Source: an uncultured Weeksellaceae bacterium (GTDB lineage: Bacteria; Bacteroidota; Bacteroidia; Flavobacteriales; BACL11). From it: a stretch of 60,157 nt of DNA. Positions 46,600 through 57,177 of this stretch are shown one piece after another; the stretch's first letter is position 1; every line of letters begins with the position of its first letter. Location: the NCBI GenBank assembly GCA_964478325.1, contig CAYZIA010000001.1, positions 1-60,157 of the forward strand. Reading direction: 5' to 3'. The position numbers and the translations under genes were made by a program. Under the pieces are notes generated by a model. The model was not told where the DNA came from. It made no database searches and worked only from the letters and a program-made list of their open reading frames with translations.

Positions 46600-47112
46600 A
46601 TGCCTACAAATTATATAAGAATAGCAGGGCTAAATGATGGTGAACATAGGCAAGTATTTGAAATAAAGGATAAGTTCTTTAAAGCGTACGAGGGTTCAGA
46701 GGTTAAAACAGGAGAGTTTATTGTAAATACACTAGTAGTTTTAAGAGGATTAGACAGAAAAGTTACAATAAATATTGAAGGAACAATTACAAATTTGTTG
46801 TGCGATTATTGCGCTAAAAGATTAGAATGTGCAATTTCAACTATGTTAAATTTTGTAATTAAAGAAAGTGAAAAGGGAATGGAAAGTCCAGATGAAATAA
46901 TTTATGTACTTCCAAATCAGCATCAAATAGATATAGATCATCTAATTTTTGAAATGATAAATCTTTCTATTCCAAATAAAAGAACACACAACAAGAGTGA
47001 ACAGAAACATGGAAGATGTGATAAAGAAATGTTGCAATTGATGGAAGAATATGCTACAAAAACGAATGATAAAATAGACCCAAGATGGGAAGTATTAAAT
47101 AAATTAAAGTAA
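46600..47112 (+). CDS. yceD: YceD family (DUF177) protein
   Basis: 170-aa ORF immediately upstream of rpmF, which is the conserved position. It contains the CDYC...C and C-terminal DPRW pattern seen in DUF177 proteins. Confidence 0.75.
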   Translation: MPTNYIRIAGLNDGEHRQVFEIKDKFFKAYEGSEVKTGEFIVNTLVVLRGLDRKVTINIEGTITNLLCDYCAKRLECAISTMLNFVIKESEKGMESPDEIIYVLPNQHQIDIDHLIFEMINLSIPNKRTHNKSEQKHGRCDKEMLQLMEEYATKTNDKIDPRWEVLNKLK

Positions 47113-47121
47113 AAAGACGAA

Positions 47122-47307
47122 ATGGCACATCCAAAGCGAAAAATATCAAAGCAAAGACGAGATAAAAGGAGAACACACTACAAAGCTTCTACCTCCACAA
47201 TATATTCTTGCCCAAATTGTGCAACACCTGTATTATATCACAGAGTTTGTGAAGAATGTGGTTATTATAGAGGAAAACAGGCTATTGTTACAGAAGCTAA
47301 GGCCTAG
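47122..47307 (+). CDS. rpmF: 50S ribosomal protein L32
   Basis: 61-aa ORF starting MAHPKRKISKQRRDKRRTHYK, with a zinc-ribbon CPNC...CEEC. Confidence 0.95.
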   Translation: MAHPKRKISKQRRDKRRTHYKASTSTIYSCPNCATPVLYHRVCEECGYYRGKQAIVTEAKA

Positions 47308-47320
47308 ATTCTATTTATTT

Positions 47321-47358
47321 TGTAGTTTTATCCCCCTGATGAGAAAACTACAATTTTT
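47321..47358 (+). terminator. weak hairpin + T-tract between rpmF and plsX (possible attenuating terminator)
   Basis: TGTAGTTTT (47321-47329) pairs perfectly with AAAACTACA (47344-47352) around a 14-nt loop, followed by ATTTTT. The stem is AT-rich with only two G:C pairs. Confidence 0.35.
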
Positions 47359-47364
47359 CTAATA

Positions 47365-48306
47365 ATGCGGATTGGAATCGATATAATGGGAGGAGATTAT
47401 GCTCCAAAAAAAACTATTCATGGGGCAATTCTTGCTCTTAAAGAAATTCCAGAGACTACTAAAATTACACTTTTTGGGAGAGAATTTGAAATTCTTTCTC
47501 ACCTAAAGAAGCATAAAATAGAAGCTGATAAGTTTACCATTATTGATTGTACGGATATTATTAAAATGGGAGAACACCCTACAAAAACATTTAAACAAAA
47601 ACAAAATTCATCAATCTCAAAAGGATTTTCATATTTAGCAAAAGGAGAGATTGATGGTTTTGCCTCTGCTGGAAATACAGGTGCCATGTTTGTGGGTGGT
47701 TTTTATTCTGTAAAAGCAATCCCCGGAATCTTACGTCCAGCTATTTCAACTCTTATCCCTAGAGAAGATGGAGGAGTAACCGTGCTACTTGATGTAGGAG
47801 CGAATGCGGATTGTAAGTCAGATGTTTTGTATCAATTTGGCATTTTGGGATCTTTGTTTTCCAAATATGTTTGTGGTATTAAAAACCCAAAAGTTTGCTT
47901 ACTTAATTTGGGGGAAGAAAAAACAAAAGGGAATTTGCTTACACAAGCCACTTACCAAATGATGGATGGCAATACGGATTTCAATTTTGCTGGGAACATA
48001 GAAGGTAGAGATATTTTTGATTCCAATACGGATGTAATTGTTTGTGATGGATTTACAGGAAATATTGTGCTAAAACAGGCAGAAGGCATTTATTCTGTAA
48101 TGGAGCGAAGAGGATTGCTTGATGACTATTTCAATCGTTTTAATTATGAAAATTATGGTGGGACTCCTATTTTAGGATTAAATAAAACAGTTATTATTGG
48201 ACATGGAATTTCCAATGAAATTGCTATAAAAAATATGATAATTTTAACCAAAGACCTGCTGGAAGCAAATCTAAATGATAGAATAAAAGAAAAATTAAGC
48301 CAATGA
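47365..48306 (+). CDS. plsX: phosphate acyltransferase PlsX
   Basis: 313-aa ORF. It has [22 protein letters not shown] and [13 protein letters not shown]. Confidence 0.93.
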   Translation: MRIGIDIMGGDYAPKKTIHGAILALKEIPETTKITLFGREFEILSHLKKHKIEADKFTIIDCTDIIKMGEHPTKTFKQKQNSSISKGFSYLAKGEIDGFASAGNTGAMFVGGFYSVKAIPGILRPAISTLIPREDGGVTVLLDVGANADCKSDVLYQFGILGSLFSKYVCGIKNPKVCLLNLGEEKTKGNLLTQATYQMMDGNTDFNFAGNIEGRDIFDSNTDVIVCDGFTGNIVLKQAEGIYSVMERRGLLDDYFNRFNYENYGGTPILGLNKTVIIGHGISNEIAIKNMIILTKDLLEANLNDRIKEKLSQ

Positions 48307-49304
48307 TAAAACAAAGAGCAGAAATTACAGGAATTCAAGGATATGTCCCCGACTATATCTTGACGAATAAGGAGTTAGAAACCTATGTAGATACTAATGA
48401 TGAGTGGATTATATCAAGAACAGGAATTAAAGAAAGAAGAATCTTAAAAGGAGAAGGGAAAGGTTCATCTGATTTAGGAGCAGCAGCTGTAAAAGGGCTT
48501 TTGAAAAAAACAAATATTTCTGCTGAAGAGATAGATTTAATTATTTGTGCTACCGCAACTCCTGATATGATTTTTCCTTCTACTGCTTGTATTATTGCTG
48601 ACAAAGTGAAGGCTACAAATGCTTTTGCATACGATTTAATGGCGGCTTGCTCTGGTTTTTTATATGCACTTTCTACTGCATCAAAATTTATTGAGGCAGG
48701 AACATACAGAAAGATAGTTGTTGTTGGTGCAGATAAAATGTCTTCTATTATTGATTATAAAGATAGAGCTACTTGTATCATTTTTGGAGATGGGGCTGGG
48801 GCTGTAATGTTGGAGCCTTCAAAAGATGGGTTAGGAGTTCAAGATGCTATTTTAAAAAGTGATGGTTCCGGAAGAGAGTTTTTGCACATTAAAGCAGGAG
48901 GATCTGTAAAGCCAGCAAGTCATAAAACAATTGATTCTAAGGAGCATTTTGTATTCCAAGATGGGCAACCTGTTTTTAAAGCAGCTGTAAAATCTATGGC
49001 TGATGTCTCAGCAGAGATAATGCAAAAAAATAATTTAAGTTCTGACGATGTTGCTTGGCTTGTCCCTCACCAGGCTAATAAAAGAATAATTGATGCTACT
49101 GCCAGAAGAATGGGCGTGGGAGATGAGAAAGTGATGTTAAATATAGAAAAATATGGAAACACCACAAATGGAACTATTCCACTTTGCCTTTGGGAATGGG
49201 AAAATCAGCTAAATAAAGGAGATAACATTATACTTGCTGCTTTTGGTGGCGGATTTACTTGGGGAGCGATATATTTGAAATGGGCATACGATTCAAATAA
49301 ATAA
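48303..49304 (+). CDS. fabH: beta-ketoacyl-ACP synthase III
   Basis: 333-aa ORF with an ATGA overlap onto plsX. The catalytic Cys context is [17 protein letters not shown] and GNTTNGTIP are also present. Confidence 0.93.
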   Translation: MIKQRAEITGIQGYVPDYILTNKELETYVDTNDEWIISRTGIKERRILKGEGKGSSDLGAAAVKGLLKKTNISAEEIDLIICATATPDMIFPSTACIIADKVKATNAFAYDLMAACSGFLYALSTASKFIEAGTYRKIVVVGADKMSSIIDYKDRATCIIFGDGAGAVMLEPSKDGLGVQDAILKSDGSGREFLHIKAGGSVKPASHKTIDSKEHFVFQDGQPVFKAAVKSMADVSAEIMQKNNLSSDDVAWLVPHQANKRIIDATARRMGVGDEKVMLNIEKYGNTTNGTIPLCLWEWENQLNKGDNIILAAFGGGFTWGAIYLKWAYDSNK

Positions 49305-49305
49305 T

Positions 49306-49313
49306 TACTTTTG
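49306..49313 (+). promoter_or_regulatory. putative -7 promoter box (TAnnTTTG) upstream of accB
   Basis: TACTTTTG lies 20 nt upstream of the ATG at 49334. Confidence 0.4.
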
Positions 49314-49333
49314 TACTTTAAATAGATACTAAA

Positions 49334-49846
49334 ATGAGTAAAAAAATGACTTTAGAAGAAATTCAGGAATTGATAAAGTTTGTTGCAAAATCTGGCGCAA
49401 CAGAAGTAGATTTGGAGTTTGAGGGCGTTAAAATCTCTATTAAATCTCCTCCTAAAAAGAGAAGAGGACAGCTAAGTGAAAAAATAGCAATTGCTCAACA
49501 AGAAACCCCTATTCAAACAGTTTCGAATCCTATTATTACTGAAAAAATTCAGGAAGTAATACCAACTGAAATAGTTCCTCAAGGCATAGATGAAACCGAT
49601 TCCAAATACGTAACTATAAAAGCGTCTATGATTGGAACTTTCTATAGAAGTTCTGGACCGGAAAAAGATGCCTTTGTAAATGTAGGAAATGATATAAAAG
49701 AAGGAGATGTCATTTGTATTATTGAAGCTATGAAACTATTCAATGAAATTGAATCAGACATATCTGGAAAAATTATAAAAGTATTGGTAGACGATAATAC
49801 ACCTGTTGAGTTCGATCAGCCACTTTTCTTGGTTGAGCCTTCTTAA
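49334..49846 (+). CDS. accB: acetyl-CoA carboxylase biotin carboxyl carrier protein
   Basis: 170-aa ORF. The biotinylation motif is [11 protein letters not shown], in a typical C-terminal biotinyl domain. Confidence 0.93.
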   Translation: MSKKMTLEEIQELIKFVAKSGATEVDLEFEGVKISIKSPPKKRRGQLSEKIAIAQQETPIQTVSNPIITEKIQEVIPTEIVPQGIDETDSKYVTIKASMIGTFYRSSGPEKDAFVNVGNDIKEGDVICIIEAMKLFNEIESDISGKIIKVLVDDNTPVEFDQPLFLVEPS

Positions 49847-49872
49847 TTTCTTATAAAAAATCAAAAATCAAA

Positions 49873-51207
49873 ATGTTTAAAAAGATTTTAATTGCCAACA
49901 GAGGTGAAATTGCCTTAAGGGTTATCCGAACTTGTAAGGAAATGGGTATAAAAACGGTTGCAGTTTATTCTAAAGCAGATGCTGATAGTTTGCATGTACG
50001 TTTTGCGGATGAGGCGGTTTGTGTTGGTCCGGCCCAAAGTTTAGAATCCTATTTGAAAATTCCAAATATAATTGCAGCTGCCGAAATTACTAATGCAGAC
50101 GCTATACATCCTGGCTATGGTTTTTTAGCTGAAAACGCCAATTTTTCAAAAATATGTGCTGAAAATGGGATTAAATTTATTGGGGCTTCTCCTAGGATGA
50201 TAAAAAACATGGGAGATAAAGCTTCTGCAAAAGAAACAATGGAAAAGGCAGGAGTACCTACTATTCCTGGCTCAAAAGGAATAATTAAAAATTTCCAGAC
50301 TTGTAAAAAATTGGCCAAAGAAATTACTTATCCAGTAATGCTAAAAGCAACTGCTGGTGGAGGCGGAAAAGGCATGCGTTTAGTTTGGGCAGAAAAAGAT
50401 TTACAAGATGCTTGGGATAGTGCAAGGCAAGAATCCAAAGCAGCTTTTGGAAATGATGGCATGTATATCGAAAAATTTATTGAAGATCCAAGACATATTG
50501 AAATTCAAATAATTGGTGATATGACGGGAAAAGCATGTCATTTCTCGGAAAGAGATTGTTCTATTCAAAGAAGACATCAAAAATTAATAGAAGAAACGCC
50601 TTCTCCTTTTATTACAAAGAAGCTGAGAAAAGAAATGGGAGATGCAGCCATACAAGCTGCAGAAGCAGTAAAATATGAAGGAGTAGGAACGGTAGAATTT
50701 TTGGTTGATAAACACAAAAATTTCTACTTTATGGAAATGAATACGCGTATTCAAGTGGAGCACCCAATTACGGAAGAAGTTATTAATTATGATTTAGTAA
50801 GGGAACAAATAAAAGTAGCAGCTGGGATTACCATATCAGGGAAAAATTATGAACCAAAACTACACGCCATTGAGTGTAGAATAAATGCGGAAGACCCTTA
50901 TAATGATTTTCGTCCAAGTCCTGGCAAAATAACAAATTTCCATACTTCTGGTGGTCATGGTATACGAATAGATACGCATGTATATGCTAATTATATTATT
51001 CCTCCTTTTTATGATTCCATGATTGTGAAACTAATTACAGTTGCACAAACTCGGGAAGAAGCCATATCTAAAATGGAAAGGGCTTTGGACGAGTTTATAA
51101 TTGAAGGAATAAAAACAACCATACCATTTCACCAGGCATTAATGAAAAATGAGGATTTTCGATCTGGAAATTACACAACTAAATTTATGGAAGATTTTGA
51201 GCTGTAG
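49873..51207 (+). CDS. accC: acetyl-CoA carboxylase biotin carboxylase subunit
   Basis: 444-aa ATP-grasp ORF. It has [38 protein letters not shown] and ECRINAEDP. Confidence 0.96.
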   Translation: MFKKILIANRGEIALRVIRTCKEMGIKTVAVYSKADADSLHVRFADEAVCVGPAQSLESYLKIPNIIAAAEITNADAIHPGYGFLAENANFSKICAENGIKFIGASPRMIKNMGDKASAKETMEKAGVPTIPGSKGIIKNFQTCKKLAKEITYPVMLKATAGGGGKGMRLVWAEKDLQDAWDSARQESKAAFGNDGMYIEKFIEDPRHIEIQIIGDMTGKACHFSERDCSIQRRHQKLIEETPSPFITKKLRKEMGDAAIQAAEAVKYEGVGTVEFLVDKHKNFYFMEMNTRIQVEHPITEEVINYDLVREQIKVAAGITISGKNYEPKLHAIECRINAEDPYNDFRPSPGKITNFHTSGGHGIRIDTHVYANYIIPPFYDSMIVKLITVAQTREEAISKMERALDEFIIEGIKTTIPFHQALMKNEDFRSGNYTTKFMEDFEL

Positions 51208-53139
51208 TTAAATCGTTTGCGGCACTTTTTTACTAGTTGATAGTTTTTCTATTGCCGATAGAATAGCTGCTTTATCAAAACCACATTCACTCCTTAGCTC
51301 CTCTTGCGTCCCATGGTTAATAAATTTATCAGGGATGCCTAATCGAACTACTTCTGCTTTGTGGTTGTTATCGGCCATAAATTCCAAAATTGCTGAACCA
51401 AATCCCCCTTGTATGCAGCCATCTTCCACAGTGATTACCTTATTAAAATTTTGGAAAATAGTATGTAGTAAATCTTTATCTAGTGGTTTTGCAAATCGCA
51501 TATCATAATGTGCAATACTAAGGCCCATTTGATTAAAATCATCCCCTGAGTCTTTTACAAAATTTCCAGCATGTCCTAAACTGAGTATTGCCACCTCACT
51601 TCCTTCTTTTATCATTTGCCCCTTCCCAATTTTTATTTCTTCAAAAGGAGTTTGCCAATTTTTCATCACACCATTTCCTCTGGGATATCGAATAGAGAAA
51701 GGACCTTTCTTTGGCAATTGTGCAGTGTACATCATGTTACGTAATTCTTGTTCATTCATTGGGGCAGCCACCACCATATTTGGGATACACCTAAGATAGG
51801 CAATATCGTAAGCACCATGATGGGTAGCACCATCAGCACCAACCAACCCTCCTCTATCCAGGCAGAAAATCACATGCAAATTTTGCAATGCTACATCATG
51901 GATTACCTGATCATAAGCTCTTTGCATAAAGGAAGAATAAATATTACAAAAAGGAATCATGCCTTGTGTAGCCATACCTGCCGAAAAAGTAACTGCATGT
52001 TGTTCAGCAATACCGACATCAAATGTTCTTTCGGGCATTTGCTCCATTATTAAGTTCAAAGAGCTTCCACTTAGCATAGCTGGGCTAACACCTATAATTT
52101 TGTCATTTTCTTTTGCTAGCTCAATAATACTTTCTCCAAATACTTGCTGATATTTTATTGGGCTGTTTTTTTTATTTCTTTGCGGTATTATTTTCCCTGT
52201 TTCTTTTTCAAATAAACCTGGCGCATGCCATTTGGTTGCACAACCTTCTTCTGCCGGATTGTACCCCTTACCTTTTTTAGTTAAGCAATGTAAAATTTTA
52301 GGTCCAGGAATATTTTTCAAATCTTTCAAAACAGTAGACAAATGTTTTACATCATGACCATCAATTGGCCCAAAATATCTAAAGTTTAGGGATTCGAAAT
52401 AGTTACTTTCTCCTAAAAGTGTTGATTTTACAGCTCCCTCCACTTTTTGTGCTACCTTTTGGGCATTTGCTCCAAATCGACTGATTTTTCCTAAAATTCT
52501 CCAAATCTTATTTTTTGCTTTATTATAAGTTCTAGATGTAGAAATATCAGTTAAATATTCTTTCAATGCTCCAACTGCAGGGTCAATAGACATGCAGTTG
52601 TCATTCAAAATAACCAACAAATTAGAGTTTTCAATCCCAGCATGATTAAGCGCCTCAAAAGCCATTCCTGCCGTCATGGATCCATCCCCAATTACTGCAA
52701 TATGTTGCTTTTCATTCTCGCCTTTATACTTGGAAGCAACAGCCATACCTAGTGCTGCTGAAATAGAAGTAGAAGAATGCCCTGTCCCAAAAGTATCATA
52801 CTCACTTTCATTTCTTTTTGGAAAACCGCTAATTCCTTTATAGGTTCTGTTTGTGTGAAAATTATCTTTGCGTCCAGTAAGTATCTTGTGCCCATAGGCC
52901 TGATGTCCAACATCCCAAACCAATTGATCTTTAGGAGTATCAAATACATAATGAATAGCAATCGTAAGTTCTACTACTCCTAGACTCGCTCCTAGATGTC
53001 CACCCTTATCAGAAACAATGTCAATGATGTATTCTCTTAATTCCTTGCTTAATTCAGGCAACTGATCTTTTTTCAATTTTCTTAAATCGCTTGGGGAATT
53101 AATGTTTTGTAATAAATCTCCTTGTTGATATTTACGCAT
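51208..53139 (-). CDS. dxs: 1-deoxy-D-xylulose-5-phosphate synthase
   Basis: 643-aa ORF. It has GGHLGASLGVVELT, the ThDP motif GDGSMTAGMAFEALNHAG, AEQHAVTF and DGATHHGAYD. Confidence 0.96.
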   Translation of the reverse strand: MRKYQQGDLLQNINSPSDLRKLKKDQLPELSKELREYIIDIVSDKGGHLGASLGVVELTIAIHYVFDTPKDQLVWDVGHQAYGHKILTGRKDNFHTNRTYKGISGFPKRNESEYDTFGTGHSSTSISAALGMAVASKYKGENEKQHIAVIGDGSMTAGMAFEALNHAGIENSNLLVILNDNCMSIDPAVGALKEYLTDISTSRTYNKAKNKIWRILGKISRFGANAQKVAQKVEGAVKSTLLGESNYFESLNFRYFGPIDGHDVKHLSTVLKDLKNIPGPKILHCLTKKGKGYNPAEEGCATKWHAPGLFEKETGKIIPQRNKKNSPIKYQQVFGESIIELAKENDKIIGVSPAMLSGSSLNLIMEQMPERTFDVGIAEQHAVTFSAGMATQGMIPFCNIYSSFMQRAYDQVIHDVALQNLHVIFCLDRGGLVGADGATHHGAYDIAYLRCIPNMVVAAPMNEQELRNMMYTAQLPKKGPFSIRYPRGNGVMKNWQTPFEEIKIGKGQMIKEGSEVAILSLGHAGNFVKDSGDDFNQMGLSIAHYDMRFAKPLDKDLLHTIFQNFNKVITVEDGCIQGGFGSAILEFMADNNHKAEVVRLGIPDKFINHGTQEELRSECGFDKAAILSAIEKLSTSKKVPQTI

Positions 53140-53170
53140 AATTCAGAAAAAATTAATTTTCAACTACTTG

Positions 53171-53178
53171 CAAAGATA
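53171..53178 (-). promoter_or_regulatory. putative -7 promoter box (TAnnTTTG) upstream of dxs
   Basis: The complement of caaagata reads TATCTTTG. It lies 31 nt upstream of the dxs ATG (53139). Confidence 0.45.
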
Positions 53179-53235
53179 GGCAATTAAGCAAAAACATTAT
53201 TCTTTTTCATCTCGCTATTTAAAAGCCCAAATTAT

Positions 53236-53243
53236 TACCTTTG
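53236..53243 (+). promoter_or_regulatory. putative -7 promoter box (TAnnTTTG) upstream of asnS
   Basis: TACCTTTG lies 25 nt upstream of the ATG at 53269. Confidence 0.45.
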
Positions 53244-53268
53244 TACAAATAAAAACCAATTTTAAAGA

Positions 53269-54702
53269 ATGAAGATTAAAGAAATTCTAACAATAGAAGG
53301 TAAAAGCCAAGAAGTAAAAATAAAAGGGTGGGTGCGTACTAGAAGAGGAAGTAAACATGTAAGTTTTATTGCATTGAATGATGGCTCCACTATTAATAAT
53401 ATGCAGGTAATTGCAGAAGGAGATAGTTTCCCAGAAGAAGTAATTAGGCAAATAACTACCGGTTCTTGTATTTCTGTTGAAGGCAATTTGGTAGAATCAA
53501 AAGGTAGCGGACAAGCAGTTGAGGTTTTGGCTAATAAAATAGAAATTCTTGGGCGGGCAGATGCAGAAGAGTATCCTTTACAGCCAAAAAAACATTCCTT
53601 AGAATTTTTAAGAGAAAAGGCACATTTACGTTTCAGAACGAATACTTTCTCGTCAGTTTTCAGGTTAAGACATACTCTTACCTTTGCAATTCACAAATTT
53701 TTTCACGACAAAGGGTTTTTTAATTTACATAGTCCAATTATAACTGGTGCTGATGCAGAAGGTGCTGGAGAAATGTTTGGGGTTACCAATTTTGATTTAA
53801 ATGATATTCCAAAAAATGAGAATGGAGAAATTGATTATAGCAAAGATTTTTTTGGAAAGAAAACTAACCTTACAGTTTCTGGCCAATTAGAGGCAGAATT
53901 GGCGGCATTAGGATTAGGACAAGTATACACTTTTGGACCAACTTTTCGGGCAGAAAATTCCAATACATCAAGACATTTATCCGAATTTTGGATGATAGAG
54001 CCAGAGGTTGCATTTGCTGATTTGAATGATAATATGGATTTAGCAGAGGAATTTTTGAAATTCTGCATTCAGTTTTGTATTGACAATAATCCAAATGATT
54101 TATACTTTCTAGATAACAGATTAGTAGAGGAGGAAAAGAATATGAAAAAAGAAGAACGATCAGAGATGAAGCTTTTAGAACGACTACAATTTGTACTTGA
54201 AAATGATTTTGAACGATTAACTTACCGGGAGACAATTGATATCTTAAGAAATTCAAAACCAAATAAAAAGAAGAAATTTAATTATATTATTGAAGGATTT
54301 GGGTCTGATTTACAATCCGAACACGAAAGATATTTGGTAGAAAAGAAATTCAAAAGACCAGTAATTATTACTGATTACCCTAAAGACATAAAAGCCTTTT
54401 ACATGAAACAAAATGATGATGGAGAAACCGTAAGAGCTATGGATATTTTGTTCCCGCAAATAGGGGAAATTGTTGGAGGATCTCAAAGAGAAGAAGATTT
54501 GGAAAAGTTAGAGAAGCGAATGGAAGAAATGGAAGTAGATAAAGAAGAACTATGGTGGTATTTGGAAACCAGAAAGTTCGGAACTTGTGTGCATTCTGGT
54601 TTTGGTTTGGGTTTTGAAAGGTTGATTATGTTTGTAACAGGGATGAAAAATATTCGTGATGTGATTCCTTTTCCAAGAACGCCACAGAATGCGGAATTTT
54701 AA
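53269..54702 (+). CDS. asnS: asparagine--tRNA ligase
   Basis: 477-aa class IIb aaRS. It has an OB-fold N-terminus ([21 protein letters not shown]), then [21 protein letters not shown] and GFGLGFERL. Confidence 0.93.
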   Translation: MKIKEILTIEGKSQEVKIKGWVRTRRGSKHVSFIALNDGSTINNMQVIAEGDSFPEEVIRQITTGSCISVEGNLVESKGSGQAVEVLANKIEILGRADAEEYPLQPKKHSLEFLREKAHLRFRTNTFSSVFRLRHTLTFAIHKFFHDKGFFNLHSPIITGADAEGAGEMFGVTNFDLNDIPKNENGEIDYSKDFFGKKTNLTVSGQLEAELAALGLGQVYTFGPTFRAENSNTSRHLSEFWMIEPEVAFADLNDNMDLAEEFLKFCIQFCIDNNPNDLYFLDNRLVEEEKNMKKEERSEMKLLERLQFVLENDFERLTYRETIDILRNSKPNKKKKFNYIIEGFGSDLQSEHERYLVEKKFKRPVIITDYPKDIKAFYMKQNDDGETVRAMDILFPQIGEIVGGSQREEDLEKLEKRMEEMEVDKEELWWYLETRKFGTCVHSGFGLGFERLIMFVTGMKNIRDVIPFPRTPQNAEF

Positions 54703-54705
54703 TAA

Positions 54706-56046
54706 ATGAACAAACAAAAATTACAGCAAAATCAAAAATTAAAATTATCCCCAAAACAAATTCAGTTTTTGGGAATTTTGCAGATTCCACTATCTTCATT
54801 AGAAAGTAGAATTGAAGAAGAACTAGAAAAAAACCCTGCTTTGGAAGAGGAAATTGCAGAAGAGGAAGATACAACCAATCTTCAAACAGAACAATCCTAC
54901 TTTAAAAGAAATAATCCCGATTATAGTCCTCTACCAATTCCTGACAAAGAAGAAACACTTTATGACGCTTTACTAAAACAGTTACTTCTTTTAAATTTAG
55001 ATGAAAAAGAGTATAATTTAGCGGAGTATCTTATTGGTTGCTTAGACGATAATGGGTTTCTTACAAGAGACTTGAATATTATAGAAAATGACCTTTTGTT
55101 AAATCAGGATTTGGAAGTTTCTGAGAAAGACTTAGAGAAAGTTTTGCAAAAAATCCAACGCCTAGAGCCATTTGGAGTTGGCGCCAAGAATCTAAAGGAG
55201 TGCTTGATTTTGCAATTACTTTCTAAAGAACAGACAGATATTGTAAAAAATGCAATTGATGTATTGAAAAACTTTTATGACCCTTTCAGCAAAAAGAATT
55301 TTGAAGCTATTTTGAAAAATTGCGAAATAAGCGAATCTCAATTAAAAGCAGTTTATCATGAAGTTGGCAAACTAAATCCAAATCCTGGAGGTTCTTTCTC
55401 TAATTCTACTGAGATAACAAATTATATTTTGCCAGACTTTTCTGTTTCTTACTACGATGGGAAACTTATTTTGAAGTTAAATAAAAGTAACAATCGGCAA
55501 GTTTTTGTAAATAAAGCATACAAAAAAATCCTAGAAGAAACTAAAGATAAAGAGACAAAATCGTTTATCATACAAAGAATTGAATTGGCCCAATGGTTTG
55601 TAGATGCTATAAAGCAAAGAGAGAATACTTTGCAAAATGTGATGTCGGCCATTTTAGAATTTCAACATGACTATTTTGTAAGTGGAGATGAAATAGATTT
55701 AAAACCAATGATTCTGATGGATATTGCAGAAATTGTACAAATGGATATTTCCACTATCTCCAGGGTTAGTAATAGCAAATACGTGGAAACATTTTTTGGA
55801 ACATTTCTTTTGAAGGAACTTTTTTCTGAAGCATACAAAAAAGAGGACGGAACAGAAATATCAACCAAAAAAATAAAATCAAAATTGCAAGAAATAATTG
55901 AGACTGAAGACAAAAGAAAACCACTTACAGATGAAAAATTATCTGAATTGTTAGGCGATAATGAATATCATATTGCCAGAAGAACAGTAGCAAAATATAG
56001 AGAGCAACTCAACATTCCTGTTGCCAGATTAAGAAGAATTTTATAA
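54706..56046 (+). CDS. rpoN: RNA polymerase sigma-54 factor
   Basis: 446-aa ORF. The N-terminal Gln/Leu-rich region I is LQQNQKLKLSPKQIQFLGILQ. The C-terminal RpoN box is ARRTVAKYREQLNIP. Confidence 0.92.
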   Translation: MNKQKLQQNQKLKLSPKQIQFLGILQIPLSSLESRIEEELEKNPALEEEIAEEEDTTNLQTEQSYFKRNNPDYSPLPIPDKEETLYDALLKQLLLLNLDEKEYNLAEYLIGCLDDNGFLTRDLNIIENDLLLNQDLEVSEKDLEKVLQKIQRLEPFGVGAKNLKECLILQLLSKEQTDIVKNAIDVLKNFYDPFSKKNFEAILKNCEISESQLKAVYHEVGKLNPNPGGSFSNSTEITNYILPDFSVSYYDGKLILKLNKSNNRQVFVNKAYKKILEETKDKETKSFIIQRIELAQWFVDAIKQRENTLQNVMSAILEFQHDYFVSGDEIDLKPMILMDIAEIVQMDISTISRVSNSKYVETFFGTFLLKELFSEAYKKEDGTEISTKKIKSKLQEIIETEDKRKPLTDEKLSELLGDNEYHIARRTVAKYREQLNIPVARLRRIL

Positions 56047-56645
56047 TGAAACTTTCAAAAGTCATTTCCTTTTTTTTTCACCCTATTTTTATGCCCACTT
56101 ATGCCATATTTCTCTTATTTTCATTTTCTCCTTTATTTTCTGATTTTATGAGTATGTCTCAAAAAACACAAATAGTACAGCTAGTTATAATCTTTACTCT
56201 TCTTCTTCCGATTTTTAGCGTATTAATACTCAAAAAGTTCAACGTCGTAACCTCCATTTATATGGAAAATAGAGAGGAAAGAAGGTGGCCTTTGCTTTTT
56301 ACAATAATATGGTATTATTTGCTTTTTCGCCTTCTTGATTCGATTCATATTCAATATATAGTAATTCAGCTTTTGTTTGGTGCGATGCTTATTTTGCTTC
56401 TTGCCATTATTGTTTCTAACTTCTGGAAAATTTCTTTACATATGTTAGGAATTGGGGGTATATTAGGGGCTTTTTTTGCAATTCAAACTCTTTTTGGAGG
56501 TAATATATTTTTAATAATTACACTTTTATTTTGTGCTGGATTAGTTGGTTTTGCAAGAGTTAATGAAGGTGCGCATACTCTAAGTCAAGTATATTTAGGA
56601 TTTTTAGTTGGTTTCTGTACAGAATTTCTAATCTTTTACTTTTAA
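56046..56645 (+). CDS. PAP2-superfamily-like integral membrane protein
   Basis: 199-aa polytopic ORF whose start overlaps the rpoN stop by 1 nt. KISLHMLGIGG and RVNEGAHTLSQVYLGFLVG loosely resemble PAP2 motifs 2 and 3. Confidence 0.45.
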   Translation: MKLSKVISFFFHPIFMPTYAIFLLFSFSPLFSDFMSMSQKTQIVQLVIIFTLLLPIFSVLILKKFNVVTSIYMENREERRWPLLFTIIWYYLLFRLLDSIHIQYIVIQLLFGAMLILLLAIIVSNFWKISLHMLGIGGILGAFFAIQTLFGGNIFLIITLLFCAGLVGFARVNEGAHTLSQVYLGFLVGFCTEFLIFYF

Positions 56646-56685
56646 TATCGTTTAATGTAAAATTTATATATTCGTATTGTTAAAA

Positions 56686-57177
56686 ATGGAAAAACCAAAT
56701 ATATCTAGAAAAAGGCATATTGCTAAAGCAATTACTTGGAGAATTGTTGGCTCAATTGATACGTGGATAATTGGATATGTTCTTATGCGGTTTTTTGGTT
56801 CAGAGGAAATAAATGGAGAAGTAAGTAATATTAGTGATAAGGCGGCTGTAGCCGCTACCTATATTGCTTTTCTAGAATTAATCACAAAAACTATTTTCTA
56901 TTATTTTCATGAAAGGATATGGTCTAGTATAATGTGGATTGAAAAACAAGAAATAAGACATGTTGTCAAAACTTTCAGCTGGAGGCTTGTTGGAGCAATT
57001 GATACAATTTTGCTGGTATATATAGTTTATTATTTTTATATCGGGTCTATAGAAGGAGCGGCAAAGTTAGCTCTTTCTATGTTTTCAATTGAAATAATAA
57101 CTAAAATAGTTTTATATTATTTGCATGAGAGAATATGGTTTACCTCAAATTATGGGGTTAAAAAATCAGAAGATTAA
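56686..57177 (+). CDS. DUF2061 domain membrane protein (internal tandem duplication)
   Basis: The track start is TTG at 56677; the ATG is at 56686. Two homologous halves are present: RHIAKAITWRIVGSIDTWIIGYV...LITKTIFYYFHERIWS and RHVVKTFSWRLVGAIDTILLVYI...IITKIVLYYLHERIWF. Confidence 0.65.
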   Translation: MEKPNISRKRHIAKAITWRIVGSIDTWIIGYVLMRFFGSEEINGEVSNISDKAAVAATYIAFLELITKTIFYYFHERIWSSIMWIEKQEIRHVVKTFSWRLVGAIDTILLVYIVYYFYIGSIEGAAKLALSMFSIEIITKIVLYYLHERIWFTSNYGVKKSED

